From a virus (taxonomy: Duplodnaviria > Heunggongvirae > Uroviricota > Caudoviricetes > Crassvirales): a stretch of DNA of 24,021 nt. A program made the position numbers and the translations under genes. The stretch lies in IMG/VR virus record IMGVR_UViG_3300008267_000092, positions 1 through 24,021 of that record. The stretch is one strand, 5' to 3'. The notes beneath the pieces are model-generated. The model was not told where the DNA came from. It worked only from the letters and a program-made list of their open reading frames with translations, and made no database searches. Below are positions 18,601 through 24,021 of this stretch, in pieces (within the stretch, counting starts at the first letter, position 1; each line of letters begins with the position of its first letter).

Positions 18601-21417
18601 AGAAATGCTAAACTTATTAAACAGTTAATTAAAGAAGCTGAGAATGAATTAGCAAAGGTTGAAAAAGAACTAGAGTATTTAGAAGGTTTAAAAGAGGAGG
18701 CTCAAAAAGAACTTACCAAAATTGAAAAAGATTTAAGTTATATTTTTAATAGATATGATCAAATTGAAAAATCTGATTTTGCATCTGTACAAGATATTAT
18801 AGATTATTTAAATGATAATAAAGAATTATTTAAAGATCACAGATTTGATTTTGAAAGACTTTTAGTTAACAAACATTATACTGAACAAAATATTGAAGGA
18901 TTATCAACAGCTATTAATGCTTTAGAAAATTACGCAGATGTTTTAAAAAGAACAATACGTTCATTATTAGACAGTGATGAAAATCATTCAGAAGATCTTT
19001 ATTATTTACAAGAACAATTAAATGATGTTCAGGAAAATTTAACTACTGCTAAAAAAGATTTAAAATCTGAACAAGCTAAATTAAAAAGATTAAATCGAGC
19101 TATACTTGATAAACAAGCAATTAAATCTGTAAATTTAGAAGAGGATTTTTGGAAAGATTTACAGACGTTTAAAAAGGATAAAATTAATCCTTTAGTAAAT
19201 AACCCTATTATTGCTGAAAAAATTCAAGCTAAACGCGATGAACTTACACAACAAGAACAGGAACTTGCTGATCAGATAGCTGCTGAACAAACAGATCTGC
19301 AAGAAGATCAAATTATTAATGATCCTACACAAGTTACTGAAGTTGTAGCACCAACTGTTACACTCGATGAGAATGGTAATTTTCAATCTGAATCATTGCC
19401 TACACAAGTAGATGAGGATGAAGACAATGAGGTTGTTCATGCTGAGAATATGTCTGAGGAAAAAATTAATGAATCATTAAAAGGTGAAGTTGCAGGTGCT
19501 AAAGTTATTAGTACTAACAGAGAAACTGGTGAGCCGTTAGGTAATTTATTACAACAATTTGTTGACTATGAAAGAACCCCTATAGATAAATCTGAACATG
19601 TTATAACTATTGAGTTAGGTGATCTTAATAAAGCAAGTAAAGAAGTTGAAAAGGCGTATAAAAGATTATTAAAAGGTACAGCAACTATAGAAGATGTCGA
19701 ATTGTTAAAAGCGAAACTACCTATTAAAATAGTATCTAGTTATAAAAATGAAAAAGGTGAACAACCTTATTCTTGGATAGAGGATCAGACCGAATTTAAT
19801 CAAAAAAATCCTGACTCTAAAGAAATATTAGATAAACAAACAATGCCTTTAAGAGTACGTATAATTGACGAGGCTGTTAAAAATAATAAAGCTGTTAATA
19901 ATACAGGTTTAGCGGGATTGACCACTAATATAGTTAAACAATATCCTGGGTTACTTACAGTTCAATATACAGATGAAGGTGCTGCTAAAAACAACATATT
20001 TGATTTACAGGTTTTTGATGGTATGTCTGAAGATGAAAAGGTTGTTTATTTTCAAAAAAATAGTGCGTTTGTAAACTGGGAAGGTAATTTAGTAAGTACA
20101 CTAAATCCTAAAAAAGTAATTCAAAGTAATTTTGGTCAAAATCATAAAGGTGAAGTATTTTTAACTATACCACAAAATAATGGTAAACCGTTTTATTTAA
20201 AATTAAACGTAAGTAAGGTTAGTGAAGATAAGGCTGAAGCTATTTATGAAATGGTTAATGCATTAAGTCAGGTATCACAAACAATAAGTGCACCAACTAA
20301 CTTTCAAGCAATGACTGTTGGTAAGTTTTTTGAAACACTTGATGGAATTGACCCTGAATTAAGTAGTCGTCTACAAGATGTACTTAAAAATGAAATTGAA
20401 TTTGTTAAACAGTACAATAAAGGTGATGAGCGAAATGAAAGTTTATCTAGATTTTTAGATCTTCTTATTTATCATAAGAGTGAAAATAAAAAAACTGCAT
20501 TTAATTTAAGTAAAGACGGTAATTTAACACTTGGTTCATTAGCTGAACATTTAATAAGTGATTCAGATTTTAAACATCAATTAACAATTACTAAAGATGA
20601 ATTAGGTACTGAAGAAGCTAAAAGTGTTATAATGAATTACATTCAGTATAAAAGACACAACATTCTTATTACTAAAGATAATGTTAATGAATTTGTTTTT
20701 AACAATAAAGACTATATTAAATATCTTTTAAATTCAGAATATCCTATATTAACTACAAATGCAATAACAGGTAAAGATGAAAAAGGTAATCAAATACCAA
20801 CATTTCAAGGTTATAGTAATATTTATTTAAATCAGGATGTTAAAAATTCTAAAAGTACTACAAATATTTTAAGTGGTAGAGGTACAGTTGCACCAATAGT
20901 TAAAAATAATTTAGATGTTAAAAAAGCTGATATAGAAAAAAGAAGACAAGAAGAATTAAATAGAAAAGATGATTGGTTTTTAAGTTTATCTGAAAGTGCT
21001 CAAAAAATAACTTTAAATAAAATTAATGCTAGATTTGATGCAGAACTAGCTGCTTTAGAAGGTAACAATCAACAAGTTTCAGCTACACCAATTGAAATCG
21101 AATCTGCGAATGAAGATGGTACATTGCCATCTGTGAAAGCTAGATTGGCTGCAGCATTAGGAAATAAAACACAACCCACTAAAAAAGAAGATGTAAAAAT
21201 GGATGTAACAAATATTCAGTCAATGTATGACAACGCTAACGAAGATAGTAAAATGAACATAGTATTGGCGCTTGCTAAAACTTTAAATCAAACCGTAGAA
21301 TCTGATAATATTGAAACTGTTGAAGATTTAAATAATATATTTAAAAATTTAATTACTGTGGCACAAAATGAAACAAACAAATCTATTGATCAAATTACAA
21401 AAGAATGTGGATTTTAA
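15700..21417 (+). CDS. Large virion cargo/ejection protein (crAss001 gp47-like), 1905 aa
   Basis: N-terminal YDKG...LNEYRAQQQS..AQVGLGL motif, glycine-rich hydrophobic segments, EGGWEEGSQ motif and a long heptad-rich central region. Precedes the RNAP-like gene. Confidence 0.6.
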   Translation: MEEDEDGLLNSSPKNNTSPGLIDHRQVKKGLVFDISKKHNISKTTQAAESFHGYNTGLGQSKYDKGLTWGTNIDEDDVAGSLNEYRAQQQSGIAQVGLGLLRATSKGLQEVAKLPGVLGGMTVATFENVGDLMSGKDEHSFIDTAFNNTWIKTIDEVGEKINTDVLPVYTAKAVKEGNLWANISSTAFWATDGADGLGFILGMMVPGAIFEYARLGGKLISAASQSQRLAKITSMSGKAEQAVSALKTMGITGKNIDSGLAVMGNTLFEAGAEAKSVGDDLDRKKPEFMTRRVAEIKNNLVKSNYAGEPEFIQGPMQMVKNPDGTQSMSSSGLIPNPNYKNFDQIALEQAESEYKEQRALAMRNTFVSNVGILLGPNAMMHKAIWGKAAQRFEKTAEQGIKGVAKRVGKSAERVGKAFAVEGGWEEGSQTSVEKMYVNKAMKGSLGKDGFEGFVDDFNVGDFAKEYSNTLATTEGQKAIFLGGALGGPMMSYQGRKEDVVNRTRTNEVLDGIDKQITHFNNIFDNDVYQKNEDGSFKYKKDEQGNDTTERLLDSKAVRKIAQDLNYTEQRSAIFDLAVKTGNTEVVDKLKQDAIFNLILPSIHNGEMGLQALEQQLNENSKFQELTERDAKADNKDKTKEFVKQTLETAKYLQKQNEKFGDFSRDVIDLTHPTATQEQKDDFLNKLNTSYLNSKHELRQDEIKLKELEAKRENIFEELGVDPLYNPEAEFPTAKMKNGIVSDEDLMQRAERTKAALNSNELLKKTEAEYNELKQKIDNHKKDISEIWQGKDKIAGAFSKFVDKDNKDTENTSDEKVAQADALIANVTNAQSNKELDQLLLPPHIPQKTEADYNRETELNLIQNVSKSINEDQSIGNLKLNLDKLKSLNISSLKIDEIAKRIEDRIKQLQDEQESFKDYLLDAINSFDEQSQKVNDFISDLNTEIDSLLKTKDVLVKSLNEQDKSPRGRNAKLIKQLIKEAENELAKVEKELEYLEGLKEEAQKELTKIEKDLSYIFNRYDQIEKSDFASVQDIIDYLNDNKELFKDHRFDFERLLVNKHYTEQNIEGLSTAINALENYADVLKRTIRSLLDSDENHSEDLYYLQEQLNDVQENLTTAKKDLKSEQAKLKRLNRAILDKQAIKSVNLEEDFWKDLQTFKKDKINPLVNNPIIAEKIQAKRDELTQQEQELADQIAAEQTDLQEDQIINDPTQVTEVVAPTVTLDENGNFQSESLPTQVDEDEDNEVVHAENMSEEKINESLKGEVAGAKVISTNRETGEPLGNLLQQFVDYERTPIDKSEHVITIELGDLNKASKEVEKAYKRLLKGTATIEDVELLKAKLPIKIVSSYKNEKGEQPYSWIEDQTEFNQKNPDSKEILDKQTMPLRVRIIDEAVKNNKAVNNTGLAGLTTNIVKQYPGLLTVQYTDEGAAKNNIFDLQVFDGMSEDEKVVYFQKNSAFVNWEGNLVSTLNPKKVIQSNFGQNHKGEVFLTIPQNNGKPFYLKLNVSKVSEDKAEAIYEMVNALSQVSQTISAPTNFQAMTVGKFFETLDGIDPELSSRLQDVLKNEIEFVKQYNKGDERNESLSRFLDLLIYHKSENKKTAFNLSKDGNLTLGSLAEHLISDSDFKHQLTITKDELGTEEAKSVIMNYIQYKRHNILITKDNVNEFVFNNKDYIKYLLNSEYPILTTNAITGKDEKGNQIPTFQGYSNIYLNQDVKNSKSTTNILSGRGTVAPIVKNNLDVKKADIEKRRQEELNRKDDWFLSLSESAQKITLNKINARFDAELAALEGNNQQVSATPIEIESANEDGTLPSVKARLAAALGNKTQPTKKEDVKMDVTNIQSMYDNANEDSKMNIVLALAKTLNQTVESDNIETVEDLNNIFKNLITVAQNETNKSIDQITKECGF

Positions 21418-21449
21418 TTTGGATATATTAAATTAATTTCGTATATTTG
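21418..21449 (+). promoter_or_regulatory. Bacteroidota housekeeping-sigma promoter P3
   Basis: TTTG at 21418-21421, 20-nt spacer, TATATTTG at 21442-21449, filling the 52-nt gap before ATG 21470. Confidence 0.8.
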
Positions 21450-21469
21450 TATAAATATAAAATATAAAA

Positions 21470-24021
21470 ATGGCGTGTAAAAAAATAACAAAGACAAATG
21501 GTTCAGAATCTGAATTAATAACTACTTTAGAAAGCATTTATGAAAATGAATTTAAAGCTGAAGCAGGTTATTCTTATTTTGAATCTGATGTGTTTATATC
21601 AGAATTTGGAGATTATATTAAAGGTTATGAGGAAGGAGATCCATCATTTAGTGGTCGTGTAGACAATAATGGTGAACCTAAATTACATTATAACGAAGCA
21701 GCTAAAAAATATTATTTTATTAATGAAAAGAAAGAAGAAGTTTTCTACCCTCTTATAAAGAGAGGGTTGAGAGCAACTTTTAACTATAAACAGATTGATA
21801 AAATTGTTTCAAGATTAGCATTAAACTACTTTAAAAAATCTAATTTAAATTTCAATAATATTAAGTTTGAAGAAGGTGAAAAATTACCTAATTTAAAAGA
21901 CGATATTAGATTAGAATTAGTTACCAAAATTAATGAGTTAAAAAATGGTAATTTTAAAGGGAAATTTTCCGCAAAATTACTTGAAAGTTCATTAGAGAAT
22001 TTAGATGAATATGTTGAACGAGTAGATGCTTTTTATAAACAAATAGGCATTAAGCGTGTAGATAATAATGATCAGTCATCTCTTGAGTCTGAAGCTGAAG
22101 AAGGTAAAGATCCTTCGTTTACTAAACAATCTTTTGAAAAAGATATAAAGGATTCATTAACTACAAATATTAAATTAAAATTAGCATTATTAGAAGATAC
22201 TAATGATTTAGATCCTATATGGGGAGAACCTACTTTTATTGGTTATAATGAAGCTCACGGTACGTTATTAAATAATATTACAAATCAAGTAGCTGTTGAA
22301 GGTGAAGATTTGTTTGAGTTACAACGCGATGCTATCACCTTATTAGCTACTAAAAAACCGTATTTAAAGCAGTTATTATCCTACATGAAGGAGTTTACTG
22401 AAGAGGATAAAAATCAGTTCGCACAGGCTTTTAATTTACACGGTAATAATTATTTAGTATCCGAGATTCAAACAAAAACTAAAGTGACAGACCCTGTAAC
22501 AGGGGAAGCATCTGTTAAAAAAGGATTTACTCATGTAGTTAAACAAATTTCAGAATCAGGCTCAAAAGCAACACTTGTAACATCTGAGTGGGGAAATAAT
22601 TTTAAAAATTCTTTTTTAGATGATAAGAATAAATTAACAACTGAATCTAAAGAAATTCTTAGTAAAATTATTGAGGATTTAGACACATTAAAAACTAATA
22701 TTAAAAATGACTTAACACCTTCAGAGTTTGAAAAATTTACAAACGAGTACATTTCTTTAACTCGGAAGTTAGGTGTTGAAATGTCTGAAAATGGAATAAT
22801 TAACTTTTTAGATAACGGTGGTGAAATAGCGTTTGATATAAGTGCTCAAATTAATAAACTGTCAACATCTGTTACACAAACAGCTATTGCAGTTAAAAAA
22901 GCAATTACAACTTTTAAAAAAGTAAATGAAAGTTATAAAAATCCATTTGATACAGAAAGTGTATTTAAAAAGTTAGCAAAAGCTGAAGCTTTTTATTTAT
23001 CTGAAGGTTCTGAATCAAGTATATATTCAAGAGGTAAGAATCAATGGTTATTTTCATATCCATCTTATTTATCAACTCGTATATTACAATGGAAGAAGAA
23101 TCCTGAATTATTGAGAAACTGGTATAATCAATCAGCATATAATAAAGGTTCTGAAATAATGAAGTATTTGTTAGCGTTAGATCTTGACCAAAATAGAACG
23201 TATGAGGATAATTATGTTGAAGATTTAATTAAAGAAAGATTAGAAAATTTTAAATTAGGTATATTTAACTCATTTCAAGAAACAGGTAATGATAAAAATC
23301 AACAACAGTCTGCAACAGATTTATCTTTTAAAGATTACTTTACAGATAACGTAAATAAAGTATTACTTAACAGTTATGTTAGAACTACCACTCCTGCAGA
23401 TAAAGGTTCAGATTTACAGATTAAGACTGGATTTTTTATTGAATCTGCTAATTTTCAAGATGGTATTTTAAATCTTACTGCTAAAACAAAAGAGGTATTT
23501 TTTAACTACTTTAACTCTGAAGTTAACAGAATGAAAGAGGCTTCAAATGAAGTTGATACTTTAAAATTTACACCTGAAAAATTAATTATTAATTATCATT
23601 ATAAAGAAGGTTCTACAATTGATGCTAAAGATGGGAATGCATTTCAATCACAATATTTTCCAGAATTATCATTTAATAGTAAATCTAAAAATGAACTAGT
23701 ATTGAGTATTAAAGATCAACTCTATAATTTAGATGGATCTATAAAACATACTGCAGATATAAGTGCCAACCCTGAATTAAAACAATTAATTATTTCACAT
23801 CTTAATAATGTATTGTCTGAAGGTATTAATCAGACGTTAAATACCTTCCTAGAACAAGAGATTTTAGAAATTAATGGTGAAGGATTACTTTCAAATAAAG
23901 CTATAGATCAAGTAACATTTACAGAGTATTCAAAAAAGAATTTATTAAATTCTGAAAACGCAGCATTAGAAATTGTATCGGATTACTATATTAATAGTCT
24001 TATACAAAATGTTGAATATTC
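21470..24021 (+). CDS. Giant virion protein, probably the N-terminal ~850 aa of the crAss-type virion RNA polymerase (3' truncated)
   Basis: Translated by hand from ATG 21470 (MACKKITKTNGSESEL...) with no stop up to the window end. Absent from the ORF track because it has no stop. Contains TTPADKG, YFNSEVNRM, LIINYHY...GNAF...FPEL and DYYINSLIQNVEY, which resemble my recollection of crAss-like vRNAP segments. The catalytic DxDxD motif is not within the window. Confidence 0.68.
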   Translation, partial: MACKKITKTNGSESELITTLESIYENEFKAEAGYSYFESDVFISEFGDYIKGYEEGDPSFSGRVDNNGEPKLHYNEAAKKYYFINEKKEEVFYPLIKRGLRATFNYKQIDKIVSRLALNYFKKSNLNFNNIKFEEGEKLPNLKDDIRLELVTKINELKNGNFKGKFSAKLLESSLENLDEYVERVDAFYKQIGIKRVDNNDQSSLESEAEEGKDPSFTKQSFEKDIKDSLTTNIKLKLALLEDTNDLDPIWGEPTFIGYNEAHGTLLNNITNQVAVEGEDLFELQRDAITLLATKKPYLKQLLSYMKEFTEEDKNQFAQAFNLHGNNYLVSEIQTKTKVTDPVTGEASVKKGFTHVVKQISESGSKATLVTSEWGNNFKNSFLDDKNKLTTESKEILSKIIEDLDTLKTNIKNDLTPSEFEKFTNEYISLTRKLGVEMSENGIINFLDNGGEIAFDISAQINKLSTSVTQTAIAVKKAITTFKKVNESYKNPFDTESVFKKLAKAEAFYLSEGSESSIYSRGKNQWLFSYPSYLSTRILQWKKNPELLRNWYNQSAYNKGSEIMKYLLALDLDQNRTYEDNYVEDLIKERLENFKLGIFNSFQETGNDKNQQQSATDLSFKDYFTDNVNKVLLNSYVRTTTPADKGSDLQIKTGFFIESANFQDGILNLTAKTKEVFFNYFNSEVNRMKEASNEVDTLKFTPEKLIINYHYKEGSTIDAKDGNAFQSQYFPELSFNSKSKNELVLSIKDQLYNLDGSIKHTADISANPELKQLIISHLNNVLSEGINQTLNTFLEQEILEINGEGLLSNKAIDQVTFTEYSKKNLLNSENAALEIVSDYYINSLIQNVEY

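Larger units (their letters stand above)
1..24021 (+). mobile_element. Segment of a crAss-like (Crassvirales-type) phage genome: lysis, tail and ejected-cargo/vRNAP modules
   Basis: Dense co-directional gene array. The order ring protein, IHF-like, ring protein, ~1500-aa muzzle, cargo proteins, giant RNAP-like ORF matches the conserved Crassvirales block (crAss001 gp40-gp50 region). Bacteroidota-type promoters and A-rich, Shine-Dalgarno-less translation starts. Confidence 0.88.

Noticed and set aside
393-22752. Nine short minus-strand ORFs in the track (393-677, 4632-4862, 6872-7057, 9185-9427, 11872-12096, 12548-12751, 15876-16247, 19192-19386, 22531-22752)
   Set aside because: All lie antisense within long, well-supported + strand genes, have no recognisable motifs and have no minus-strand promoter. 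They are consistent with shadow ORFs.
1-24021. Stop-codon reassignment (TAG to Gln or TGA to Trp), known in some crAss-like phages
   Set aside because: ORFs of up to 1905 codons are uninterrupted in the standard code and use TGG and CAA/CAG normally. Reading through the single TGA stop at 1689-1691 would add only 13 residues.
6021-24021. Inteins or group I introns in the large genes, which are common in crAss-like phages
   Set aside because: Frames are continuous, with no LAGLIDADG/HNH insert and no intein C/S...HN-C/S/T junction recognised. The cargo genes are essentially Cys-free.
1-24021. tRNA, rRNA or CRISPR array
   Set aside because: Intergenic gaps are all under about 155 nt and are accounted for by promoters, terminators or small ORFs. 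No cloverleaf or regularly spaced direct repeats seen.

Overview
AT-rich segment (roughly 28-30% GC by eye) of a crAss-like (Crassvirales-type) bacteriophage infecting a Bacteroidota host. All credible genes are on the + strand in the standard genetic code. Gene order: the 3' end of a tail fibre/spike gene; a lysis cassette (single-TM holin-like protein, M15 peptidase endolysin, spanin-like membrane protein); a DEDDy exonuclease with its own promoter and terminator; the crAss-type tail block (ring protein, IHF-like protein, ring protein, muzzle/tail stabilisation protein); and the ejected cargo block (1026, 613 and 1905 aa proteins plus a giant ORF from 21470 that runs off the window). That last ORF is missing from the ORF track and is probably the virion RNA polymerase. 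Three matching Bacteroidota -33/-7 promoters (TTTG-N20-TATATTTG) and two intrinsic terminators are visible. The most unusual observations are: (i) about 4,400 consecutive residues of cargo proteins contain only two cysteines, one three residues from the C-terminus of the 1905-aa protein and one at residue 3 of the next protein; (ii) eight hydrophobic-x-x-Gly-Gly motifs punctuate the first cargo protein; (iii) an internally deleted GIY-YIG/NUMOD1 homing endonuclease mini-gene is translationally wedged into the tail operon; (iv) a candidate non-canonical one-piece spanin; (v) a terminator lies inside the leader of the cargo operon. Family assignments come from motif recognition and gene order only; no database searches were run.
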